Source of the DNA: Haplodiscus bocki
Lineage: Eukaryota
DNA length: 64,000 bases
Assembly: GCA_965655095.1 (NCBI GenBank)
Contig: OZ296649.1
Location: 56,482,001 to 56,546,000 of the forward strand
Reading direction: 5' to 3'
Made by a program: the position numbers and the translations under genes. A model generated the notes under the pieces. The model ran no database searches. It saw only the letters and a list, made by a program, of their open reading frames with translations, and was not told where the DNA came from. Shown here one piece after another: positions 1 to 12,400 of this stretch. Numbering within the stretch: position 1 is the stretch's first letter; each line of letters begins with the position of its first letter.

Positions 1-220
1 ATATATCATTATGATATAACTTCATAATTTCTGAAGTTTTCGGACCTCGTAACTTAACCTACAATAGCGGTGTTTCTGAAGTGAATTGTGAGAATACAAA
101 TTTGCTGTAATGTACAATGTATGTAGTTGGTAAAAGTTCAACTTTCTGGCTGCGCAACTCAGCGACTCTAAATGAGTTTTTGTTTTTGACGATAAATATA
201 ACATTCACCTTCCTGTTTAG

Positions 221-295
221 AAAAACAATCTTCTCCGCAGTCTGAATGACATGGAGGGGCGATCCACTGAACACATTCTCATGCAAGATCACCAG
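221..295 (+). CDS. Coiled-coil gene exon E1 (KNNLLRSLNDMEGRSTEHILMQDHQ)
   Basis: tcctgtttag acceptor, CAG|GTGAGT donor, 75 nt, phase 0-0; not in ORF track. Confidence 0.75.
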
Positions 296-3200
296 GTGAG
301 TCACTTTGATCTTGAGATAATCTTGGAATGAGGTTTTTTTCATACGCTCAAACCTCTTTAAACGTTCATACTTTTTTGGTAGATTTCTGCAACTCAGGTA
401 CATTTCGAGAAATTGAAAACAGAATTGGAAGAGCTGCGAGACAAATACGAAAGTGCAAAATACCATGTTAGTTATTATTTTCTCCGCCATTATTTCATTC
501 TGGAATGAAAATCCACTCGCCGCGTGCGTGTTTTTAACGTGTACTTGCCAATTACACGAAACCAAAATCGTGGATTTTTTTGACTTCGTAAATTTTTTAC
601 CATCAGAAAGTAGCAAGTTTGCCGTAGAATGCGAATCAATTACTAACATTTCTTAAATACGCACGAAAATAGTTTTTTTTGGAAAAAAAGTTGGTTTTTA
701 GAAAAACTAGCTTTCTGGGCCGAGTGGCTCGCTTCGCTTCGCCACCTATCACTCAAGGCCACAAATTTCGCTAATTAGTAGTATCTTATTAGCCCGTTTT
801 AGTCCCGAGCTGGATAGAAAGTTGAATTCCAAAAAAATTGGTTCTGTTTGGATTTCGTTTCGGTTCAACCACTTTCTCGGAATCTGATTGGCTGTCAGCT
901 AAAATTTGGGTGTGACTGACAAAAAGGTGACGTAAAATCAAAAGTTGGGTAAAATCGGCACCCGGAACCGGCTTACTCGCTGCTCCTTTGCTATTCATAG
1001 CTTTGTTCAAAATTTGAGCCAAATTGGGCAAGAAATGGCAGAGGAGTTTGATAATACACACACACACACACACACAAAAATTTTTCGCATTTAGTAATAT
1101 GTATAGAAAAACAGATTTTTCTTTAAAAATCGTGAAAAGGTTGCAAATTTGCTGTAGAATGCTTATAAAATGGATTTAAAGTGTCTTTTTTTCCCAACTG
1201 AAATTCAAGATTTTTTGCAAAAAAAAACATAACATTTTTGAATTGGGAAAATTTGCAAATTGGCTGAAAAGAGAGTACTTTTCATTGAAAATCGCCTTTT
1301 TTTCTCAAACAGATCTTTAACACAGTTGGAGGGCGGAAAATATGCGGGTGATAGCCGGCCGTATTGTTTCTCTGCTTTTCTTTAAAATATTAAGTCAGGT
1401 TGTTTGTGGTAATAGTTCCAATTTAAGATGGGTAAATTCTGGTATACGGACAGTTTTAATTTTCCGAGGGACTCGTAGTCTCGTGCGGTTTTTTTTGCTG
1501 AAGTTCTGTTTTGTACCAAAATTTGAAAATGTCGAAATTTGAATTTTCTCAATTTTCGGCGAAGTGGCGAAAGGGAAATCTAAGAAGCATCTGTGAAAAG
1601 AAAAACAAATTTCAAAAACTTCTTCAATATTCTTTCAACTGATAATGGTATCTTGGGAATATTCCTTTACAACTGCAAATTGAGAATTTCGGAATCATAA
1701 ATCGGTTCTTTTTGAAACGGGTGGAACTGGGGGCGGATCAAACCCCAGGTAGCACATGAGAGGCGCTTGGATCGGTTAGAAATGGAATTTTGTAAAAAGA
1801 AATTTAGGGCCTATTTTGATTCATTTTCTCTGATTCTAGGGCCAGGCCATGATTCTATGATTTTATTGATGAGTAATAATACAGCATTTGCCCTCTCCTA
1901 GAAAAGGTTTCTTTTCTGAATTTTATTAGGGCGACACTTTGAGACTTGTGTGTAAAAATCTAGTAAGTTCATGGCATATCAGCATGGTTTTTCATGGCAA
2001 CATTAAATGGACCATTTTCAGTAAATAAATCTCATTGATCAAAATAGTTTTAGATGCAAAGTCAACCAAAAAAGCATTTTGAGTTCTTCATATATTCTAT
2101 CATGTTCATACGTCGAGTTTATAATTCTACGTTCACATGTGAGTGTACAGACAACACCACGTGTATTTTGATCAATTTAAGGTGCTTTTTAATTTTATCG
2201 TTAAAGAAACTCGTTCAGTTTCTTTTGTCAGTTAATGTAGTAATAAACAAGAGTTGATAATGTATGTGTGCGATCAGTAGAAGTTGCTTGATGAGCAAAT
2301 AACTACGAATGATGGTTCGATTGCACTTTTGGCACCATTCGGCGTCCAACTTAAAGTTTGACCCTTGAACGTTTTATAAAATGTTTTTGTTCTTCATTTT
2401 TACGAGCCGGACCAATTCAGTGCTTTATGGTGAATTTTGAACGTAGTTTAAAACACTTCTTTACGAGTGCTTAGTTACTGCTTCTTGCGGTTGGCGTATA
2501 GTTAACTTATCATTTTCTGAAACGCAGTCATACCGCACACTGTGATTTGTTACTTTTTAACTTATTGAAGCTGTCGTCGGAAAAACTTATCTAAACTATT
2601 GCTAATTTGGGCTGAAACTTGCATGTTTCAAAGGTGCAAGGTGTCCTGTCCGTTTTGGTTTTTAACCCGGGTGACCGCATATATTTTCAATTGGTGAATA
2701 TTATTATCCATGGATCGAAAGAACAGTCCGGCCCGAAAGGGTCTGCAGGGTTACGAGGCTTATCGCAGCCGCAGTGATATCAGCCCATTACGTGCAGGTA
2801 CTTCTACGCCTACCAGAAGCACAGCCATAAGTCCAACTAGAGTGAAAAGTCAAGTGTCATTCGACGTGCCATACAAAGCAAAGGTAAATGCCACATTAAT
2901 AAAAATTGAGTTAAAGAATAGGAAACACGCCATTTCCCCCAAAAAGTTAGCATTAAAATGTTTCTGATGGATTAAAATGCATGAGCCTTCGTCAAAATGA
3001 TTTGGATTTCCGATGCCTTCTTGCGCAAAGTACTCTTAAAGAACTTCTCAACTTTCCAAAGTTAATTAATTGTGGATGGTGACTCGTCTTGGTCGTCAAT
3101 TTCGAATAAATCTTAATGGTTCTTTATTTGAACTCAAGGTTGGACAATTTGTCTCACTGAAAACTCCTCGTTCGTGTAGAGGGAATAACGATTACGAAGC

Positions 3201-6200
3201 GCAGTTGCACAGCAATATTTCGCGTAAACATTTGCTTAACAGTCTGAACAAAAAGAAATAACTGGCAGGCATTGTTTTGAAAGTTTTCATTTGCGCTTTT
3301 CTAATAAAAATTCAGATACGAATAATTGCAGGCGGAGACACTTCGCGTTAAAAGAACACGAATTACATTACGCTGTTTGTATTGCTCATTTCCAAGCAAA
3401 AATAACCAAAAACATTTGGATCGCCTATGATACATTCTATTGCTTACAATTGGGTCCTCCTGCCTTGTTTATACAAAATTTAAGCTCATCGAAAACCGAG
3501 TCCAAAAGATATATGGTTTGGAGAATATCAAATCTTCATCGACTTTCCGAAATGTAATTTTTTTTCCTGTGAGTTCTAAGAGCATCCGATATAACAACGT
3601 GGAACGCCACAGACACACAAAATGCGAAGTCATTCTTTCGTATTGCTCAAACAAATATGAGGTTGATTGAAGTTTCCGGTGTCGAGACACGCCTGTCTGG
3701 AAGTTAGCAAATCCGTTTTAAGAGTACTCGACATTTTTTTCCAAAATAAACTCTTACTCAAAGGCACTTCGACAATCCATCGTTTTTTTAAGTCATTTTT
3801 TGGTGAGACAGAATCGCACTGATTTTTGAAAGCCACATGTCAGTTTTGAAAACCACAGACTTCTTAAAATTGTCCTATTTTAAATTATGTTCAAATAAAA
3901 CCAACAGAAGATACTATAACCCCCTGCCGGATTCGAAATGTTCCCCTTAGTATTGATCAAGCTGAACTAACTTAAAATAAACGTTGGGAATTACAAAAAA
4001 AACGTTACCAAGTTGGAAACCTGTCCTAAAATCAGCATTTTTTCACATCAAAAATTATATGAAAGCTTTTGTCGTCTCGAATACTTCACGAAGCTTGCTA
4101 TTTTGTCTTTTTGTACAGAGGAAACTTGGCTGCGCTATAAAAGGACTGGAAATCATATAAGGTTTTGAAGTCATCAAATCTGGGGTAAAATCTTGAGAAA
4201 TGCCGTTTTCCTATTTTTTCTCCAATGAACTTCCGATACTTACTGTAATGCCAAAGAAAACCAATTTGAGCTCAAACTATTCTTTGGGACAGCTATTCTT
4301 AACTTTGGTATGAAAAGGTATCAGTGACTTCTGAAGATTCAGGGAATTTTTTAGAATAAAAGTTTGGCGAAAAGTATTTTAAAACAGACTCTAATTTACG
4401 TAGAAGTGCAAATTCAATGAAAATTGTCGAGTGGACCAAAATTATTTGTGTATTTCCCAAATTATGTCTACTTTGAGTGACTTTTTTATCACCACTGTAA
4501 CAAATACCAGCATCAAAAGTTATTGTAAAATGGAATATAGAATAGAGAGTAAATTGGCGTGTACTATTCGAAAGCTCGAATGCATTTTGACTAGCTGTAC
4601 ATGTGGAAGGTGTGGGTTCACAATTATGAATGAATTAAAAATTCCTTGCGTTGAATTGAAATCAACCGATCAAATTACAGCACTTTAAGTTCATGCGCAT
4701 GGCCAAACCAGTCATAACAAGGCAAAAAATGGCACTCGGAGAGCGCAGATCCCGCGAAAGCCCTTGTTTCTTGATTGTGTTCAAATGAACAAAAACGCGA
4801 AATAAATGACTAGCAAAACTGTCTAGGGAGCAAAAAGGGGGAATATTAAACACGACGAACATTTCCATTGCTACAGTATTGTATAGTCAGCGGTTTTTTG
4901 CTGACATCAGCAGTTCATACTTGCAACAGGAAAATTCATGACACGTCAAAATCAGTAATCAGGATGTTCGCATTTTTTGTGATGTCAGAAATAATTATGC
5001 CTGAGCCATCAAACAACTTAGTCAGCACTTTTAGTCCGGCTTCAAAAAACTAGTAAAATGCCAGTACATGGATGTATGATAGGATGTAAGTTGTTTTGGG
5101 GTGTCAGGATATGTTACTCCTTAAAAAAAGCTTGCAGTTTTAGTCCTTAGGTGATGGCGACAGGTCCGAAATTATCAGGAATGTAAATAGTGTCCTAATG
5201 ATCTTCATAACATTTGTGTACAATGGCTGACTTGTGAGCGATGTCATGTATCCGGATTTTGTAATCATGCTTGCAGGCTTTCATAATTAATTAAATACAT
5301 AATGCAATACATAAAAGCACTCCCGCCAAAGTAGTCGTTTCCACGGACATTTCATATTGGATTAGTCTCCATGTCTGTACAAAGGAAAAAGCTGCCTTCT
5401 GGATCACCAAAGGCAATCACCTCCCGAAAACTACATTGATCCAGTATCACACTTTTGACATTGATTACCCGGTAAGTTAAGGAGGTGCATTTTCTCTCGT
5501 GATCTTTTGAATTAGCCGTGAATGGAAGCTTTTACGGCTGTGTTATGTTTAACCCCCGACATTGATCCGGATCTCAGATCAGGATTTCAATCCGGATCAC
5601 GCCCAACTTTGAACTCGTTCTTGCTGTGCTGATTGCTTCCCTACTCACCAAATTTCATCAAAATCCTACAAGTACTTTATGAGAAACATTGATCCGGATC
5701 TCAGATTTTCAAAATCCGACCTGTAGTTTATGAGCAACATTGATCCGGATCTCAGATCCGGATTTCAATCCGGATCACGCCCAACTTTGAACTCGGACTT
5801 CCTATGATCATTACCTCCCTACTCACCAAATTTCATCAAAATCCGACCAGTAGTTTATGAGAAATCCTGCTAACAAACAAACAAACAAACAAACACACGA
5901 AGGTGATTGCAATCTCCCGCTTTTCGCGGGATAATAATGCAATGAGACAATTACTGCGGACATCGAATGCTTAATACGTACGAGATAAATATCCCCGAAC
6001 GTAGCGGCAGTACACATACCCTCCGCAGAGCAGCCGATGTGGAAGTACTGAAAGCACCGGCTTCAATACTGATAAGTAGTCAATTCAACTAAATTATTTT
6101 TGGACTTCCGCAACCCAAATTTTTTTTCTGATTTGTGAATACCGGCCATTGAGAGAATTGAAAACAAGTATTGCTTCAATGTAGCCTCCATTGAGGTGTT

Positions 6201-9200
6201 GAATAATTGAACCGAAAAAGTGTAATCAAACATTTTTTTTCCACAGACCTCATTTCGAATTAATTTTTTTTCTGAATAGCAGTGAGGTTGTTGAGTTTTA
6301 GCGGGACGTTTTTGGAAATTCTTTCTCGATCAGTCTTTATTGTCTTTGCGGCGTTATATTTTCAAAAAGCAAAATCGTTCCCTCAGTACGTATACTTTTT
6401 CTGTTGATTTGCAATTATGGCTGCATCAACTGCGAATTCAGAAAAATCTCTGTGTTTTTATGGGCACGTAGAGTGCAGTTTCGACAACGCCAGCCGTACA
6501 TTTTCCGCTCACTTTTTCTCAGCCATTTGCCAATTATGTAATACTTTTGTCACTCGAGTTACCCCTGCTTCCAGTTTGTCGACACCACGTACCACCTCAC
6601 TTTTTCCCTGTAGTGGTTATTCGAAATAGTTCAGGTTCGAACAACAAAGGCCCGTGTTCAATCCCCTTTTCCGCTAGACTTTTTTGAAAGCGTTTCCCGT
6701 TTTTATCAACTTTCACGAGTAATTGTTCATTTTTTACTGCTGACAATTTTTTTCATCTTTGTAGACTTTGTCTTTGTGGATCAAGTTTCAAATTTCTTCC
6801 AAAGACTCTAAAAATATCCGAAAAACTTGTAAAACTTATTTGCAGTTTGATTATAATAAAAAAAATAAATGAAGAAACGTTTTGATTTCACGGTCAAATA
6901 CATATATAAACATGTTGTTTAATACATACGTTTGGTGGCACCGCGGTAATGCAGCCCTCAGGTAGCGGGCTCAGTTCCCTCTACAATTCTTCTTTGAATA
7001 TGTTCAGACTCTTCAATTTTCTTATTCCTGAAAAACTAAAAAGGAAGGATTTTCTACAAAGTTCAAAGTTTTTCAAGGAATCGGTTTTTTCTCAAAAACT
7101 ATTCTTTTTCCTACCTAACTAGAACAATACATTGTTTTCCAGAAGTTTTTCTGAAAAACTGTTCTGGTTTTTCGGTTTTTCAGAAAAGCTGAGAAAAATT
7201 TTGAATCTTTCCTGAAAAAGTTAGCTATAAATTCAAATTGTTGAACTTTTTTCCTCTCTGGTGTTAATTTTTTTCGCTATTCTGGCTGATCAGAAACCAA
7301 ACATAACAAAATGCCTTCGAAATTGTTTTTGGATGAAGCACCTTGTTCTGTGGTACCCCCATGCCACAAAGAGCCATAAGTTTGGACTTTTGCTGGTTGT
7401 TAAACTCATTTGTCTCCAAAACCAGCAGCTTCATATTTTCCATCACGTGTTCAATATACAGCTTTCTATACTTGAGGAGGACTATTCAATAGAAAACTCA
7501 TGAATCTTGATTATTGCGTTGCAATCTAATAGTCCAAAAGGCCAGAAAATGAAATTGATTTTCATTTTTCACGAAACTCAACTTCATGTTTCTCCATAAC
7601 TTTTGGCTTGATTTCTTCCATCAAGGTATTAATTATCAGTTTTCTATCTGTAGATGGGTCTTCGAATTGAAGTTCCTTGATTATTGCTCGAGTAACTGAA
7701 GAATTTTCACGATAGGTTGAAATTCCGAGAAGTGCAATTGTTATTCTTAGTTTCGATTTTCAAACGCATAATTTTCTGAACTCAGCTTGAATTCTTCCAA
7801 TGAGGTCTCAATCGACAACTTTTTTAGTCAATTTTTTTGTGAAAATCATGTGTTGTATGTTCGATCAATTATTTCTTCACTCTTTTGACTGGAAATGTCG
7901 CATTACGACTGCGCCTCTTGTTTCAATTTAATTGAACCGTAATGTTCGACCAAGATAATCTTATGAATCGAATTTAAGGCTTAGGTGATTTTTTGCGCCA
8001 AATTCAAAGGAAACATCACTGACAATAAGAGGCACTCTTGATTCAAAAACGTTTTGGTAATGAAGACATCATTCATTTCGTTTTTGCACAACGCCGGGTC
8101 AAATTTTAAAAGGGAATTTATTCGAGTGGCAGCTAGCTGTCAGGTTACAGGAGCAATTCCAACGCCTATTATTAATCTGTTCGGCGTTGCTGCAGATCGC
8201 AATTTTCAAACGTGCGTATTGTTTTTCCGGTTGCACTCGATGATTTATTTGGGTTTTCTAGGCGACGTGATTATATTGAGTATTGAAGATGATAACGTTC
8301 TTCTTTTTATTTTGTTGTGTTTCCACACGTGTAACTTCGAGTCATGAGTTTTAATTTCCCGACTCTACATTATGCCTAAATTATTCTCAGGAAACTTTTT
8401 TTTTACTAAATATTCTTTCCCGGGTTGACGTCTCATCGATTTCTATCTATGGATCATCGGTCCTGCATGAATGGACCATCGATTCTTCATCGTTGGCCAT
8501 TACACTTTGAAGTATGCTGTTCGAAATGGAACATTTTTTTTCAGAGAAAGGAAAAAGCTTTGATTCAGAATAAGCTTCCTGTGCTCAGCAAAAAATTGAT
8601 CCACAAACCATCTACAAAAACAGTGCGTTGAAAAAGGACATCATGTCTGAATTCTTATTATAATTGAAGACATCAAAAATGGCTCTGAATGTTAATATCA
8701 GGCTTTCATTTCTGGGGCGTTGTTGCTGAGATACGTCCTTCGCTGAACGATCACAGTTCCGGGAACCATGCGTACATAGCTCACTTGGCATAAAATCGCA
8801 AATTTGGAACTCTGCATGTAAAATCTACTTATTTGCAAAGTTTTCTGATGAGTGCTTGTGAAATCTTCGGACGCAGCCAAGCTTTAAATATTGTGAAAAT
8901 TAACTATGTGTTTGATAATGCGTTTCAAAAGGCATTTAAAGTGCCTATTTTTTTACTTGGCCCAATATTAAGTATGACTTGGCTGTTATTGAAGAATTTT
9001 TCCTCAATTTTTCAGTGATTCAATTTTCGAGACTACAATATTCAGACTAAGATTTATCGTGCTCACCTTTGAAGGTTCATTCCCGCCATTTGCGGGGTCG
9101 GTATATGCACAACGTCTCTACGACTTTCTACCATAAACTAATTGAGCATTTATGTTGCGGGCAGCCATGTTATCTCGCAGCGTTTCCTCCCAGTGTTTCA

Positions 9201-9366
9201 GAAGCCCTCTCTCCACCTTTGGCTTCTACTTCGATTTCAGTGTCCGATGCGGTTTTACTGGGGTCCCTCTTTTCTTCAGTTTACGTGGCCGTACAACGAA
9301 TGTTTATTTCCTCTTTTCTGGGCTGGATTTACGCGACTTTCCGGATTTTTTTCATTTCGGAATCTT

Positions 9367-9457
<91 letters not shown>

Positions 9458-12400
9458 GTTTCTCCGTTTAGCCATCGCAGCATTTTCATTTCGGTAGTTG
9501 TCAACTTCTGTATGTCAATATTTTCGACTGCGAGACATTCACACTAATAGACTAGTGCTGGTTGAATGACATGTGTTCGGTCTTTTTGAGATTCATTCTG
9601 TAACCATTGATTTAATCTGAACTGAAAGTTGGAGCAGTTCGTATCAGTAACTTCAAGTCGTTCTCGTACAGCATGTCGTAGGATACCGCCTTCACTTTTT
9701 TCAGTAGTAACATCTGGAACGACCTTGAATAAACTCGGGCTTAGTGCTGAGTCGTCATGGAGGCCAACTTTCACATTGAAGAAATCTGTGACAACTTGTC
9801 TGGTTCTTACTTACGTCTCCTTGTACATGTCTTTTACAATGTGGATGTACGCTCCAGGGGCTCTTTTTTTACGCAAACACTACCAAACAAGATTTTGGGG
9901 CACAGTGTTGTGTGATTTTTCCAGATCTTCGAAAAAAGCATGTTATTCGTTGTTTTCTTCTGTGGGTTCTCCATTAGTAACCGGTTGTTAAAAATGGCAT
10001 CCGTTGTTACTCTGCTTTTCTTCTCATAAATAACAGCTGGGTCACGCCAATGATGATAATTTTTCGCAGTCGATCCTCAATTATACATTCGTATAGTTTG
10101 AAATAATGACTCGGCAGTTTGTTTCTTCTATAAGTTGCACAGTTCATATGGTCACCTTTATGTTTTTATCGTGGAGTCATGACTGATCGTCTCTAATCTT
10201 GAGGAACGCATTTTTCGAACATCATACGATTCAATAGTTGGGTGGGAGCTTGCAGTCCGGAACAGCCAAAAACGTTTCAATGGGTAAAATATCTGGTCCT
10301 GTACTTTACCACGAGACGTTTTCGAAACTATGGGCTCACCTGTTTGTGATGCCCCCATTTTGGACCAAGACTAGTTCGCGGTGCAGCTGGCTCCTTATGT
10401 GTTCTATCGGTGTTGCGAAGCTCTGAGTAGCATTCTAGTCATCGTCTTTTAGACTTTCAGTGGGTTGTCCATGACTTCCCGCTCGTGTCCTTAATCCAGA
10501 GACCGTCATGTCCATTTTGTTCGCTTGGTCTCTGTTCTTCGCAATACGGAAACTGTTTTGGAGCCTTCTACCGTTTTCCATATCAAGTTTCTTGGCATCC
10601 ACCTACGCCCGCTTTGCTTCTGCTTTATCTTGATTTTGTTTCCCATGAGGCTGATGGGATGCAGTTTTCGGCCGATCGAGGAATGAATGTTTTTTTTTCC
10701 TCACGCTACTTCCACGTTTTCGTTCCACCCACAGTTTTTCTTGGTCAATGCTTCTTGTGTTTTCGCACGTTGCGTCTCCATCGTTTTTGATGATATCACG
10801 AGATGTTCTCCCTTTACTGTCTTCAGGCAACTGGTTCAGGACTCTCAGGTGGAACTCGACCATAGTGTCATGATCCAAAAGTTTCCACCATCGAACCTCG
10901 CTTCCGCTCGCCTTCTAACAGGGCGTCAGAGCTTCGGCCAAAGATAAATGATGGTGGGCAATTTTGGTTGACGGGGGTTCTTCAGGAAGGCCCTTGCAGT
11001 TCTTTTATTTACTTTGAATGTTTTTTGAGACCATGATGTAGTCAATTAGTTTGCTCTTTTGTCCATTCTTGTAGATGAATAATTGTGACTGCGGCTAACT
11101 GAATATGGTATTTGCGATCGTCATTTCTGATACTTTCGCATTCTTCGGAAACTTCTTGATTATTCAGTCGGCCAGAACCATGTCTGAGGAGCGATTTGAA
11201 TCTACTGCTGTCTGTTCCCACGTCACCATTGAAATCGCTGGCGGTGAGCAGGTTGCCAGTCACCTTCTTCGTTACTTTCTCTATGATGACTCGTCCTTGC
11301 AGTCATCATCGAGTCCAACTTGGGGCGCGTAGCATGACATTATTGTCAATTGTCCTCTGAAGAACTTAATCTAGACAGGTAGTCATTTCGTTTATTGAAT
11401 TGATGTTCACTATATGATCTTTCAACTATTTCGACACTATAATTCCGACACTATTTGTTTTTGTGTTGCTGCCAGCGTAGAAAAGTTTAAATCCGTTTCC
11501 AATGTTTTTCTTGGCGTTTCCTTTCCATCTGGTGTCTTGTAGACATGCTACACAAACACAGCGTCTAATGAGAGCTTCAACTATTTCTGCACTTCTCCCT
11601 GACATGCTGCCGACGTTCCACTTTCCACTGCGTAAGTTTGGTTTGGGCCTTAGATTATTTATCACGTTGCTCGGGTTGCAACGCAAAAGTAAGAATCAAC
11701 TTAATGCAAAGAATACTGCCTTTTGATTAGGCATGAGTAAATACCATCGATTACCATCTATGAAGAATCGATGGTAATCGATTTTATTTATGGGATATTG
11801 ATGGCTATCGTTTATTGTCAATGGGCAACTCGAGTAAGTTGTCATATAAATCACAAAGCATTAAGAACTCATTTACTGCTCGTTAATTGGTTTATATAGT
11901 GTTTCAGGAATAACTTTAACGACCTTTGAAAATTTATTTTAGATAAAGTTGATGCTGTTTGAAGCTCAGTTGATAATTTATTCATATTACATCAATCATT
12001 CCCTTTTCAGTTAATTGAGCTTCCTAACAGTTAAATAGTAATTACTCATGACGTAATCATTTCAGCTGGCCAACAGAGAAGAGTCTCTGGCTGCTCTGGA
12101 CTCTAGTCACAAAGAGTACATGGAAGAGATCACCAGACGGGAGAGGAGTATCCAGAACCTGGAACTGCAACTTCTCTCAGCTCAAGAAGAATCCAGAAGA
12201 CTACAAGATGATGTTAGTAATTTAACTACACGTATTGTTACTATGATAAAAATGCAAAGAACACCGGGAAGTATGGGAAGTTCTCGCGAAAATATTCAAA
12301 TTGTTATTTATAAATTTTTATGAAATCGAAACCTTGGAATCTTTTGAAATCTATTGAACCGAGTTTTTCGACATTTTTCAATAGTTTCCCTTTCGAATTT

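Noticed and set aside
59-649. 196-aa minus-strand ORF
   Set aside because: It is the antisense shadow of + strand exons E1/E2 and has no recognisable domain.
5295-5477. Open frame ending at a strong CCG|GTAAGT donor (possible extra exon)
   Set aside because: No convincing phase-0 acceptor or in-frame ATG, and the peptide is not coiled-coil-like; cannot be supported without RNA data.
5559-5860. Repeat-spacer-like pattern resembling a CRISPR array
   Set aside because: The intervening sequences are themselves repeated and of unequal length, there are no cas genes, and the context is eukaryotic.
6600-6670. tRNA-like TAGTGGTTA...GTTCAATCCC
   Set aside because: No foldable cloverleaf; at best a SINE relic.
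7264-7446. GVPQNKVLHP resembling the RT motif GVPQGSVLGP
   Set aside because: Isolated motif with no flanking RT motifs recognisable.
9069-9547. Three overlapping ORFs with SLSLSL tracts
   Set aside because: Artefacts of the (TC)n microsatellite, antisense to the LINE.
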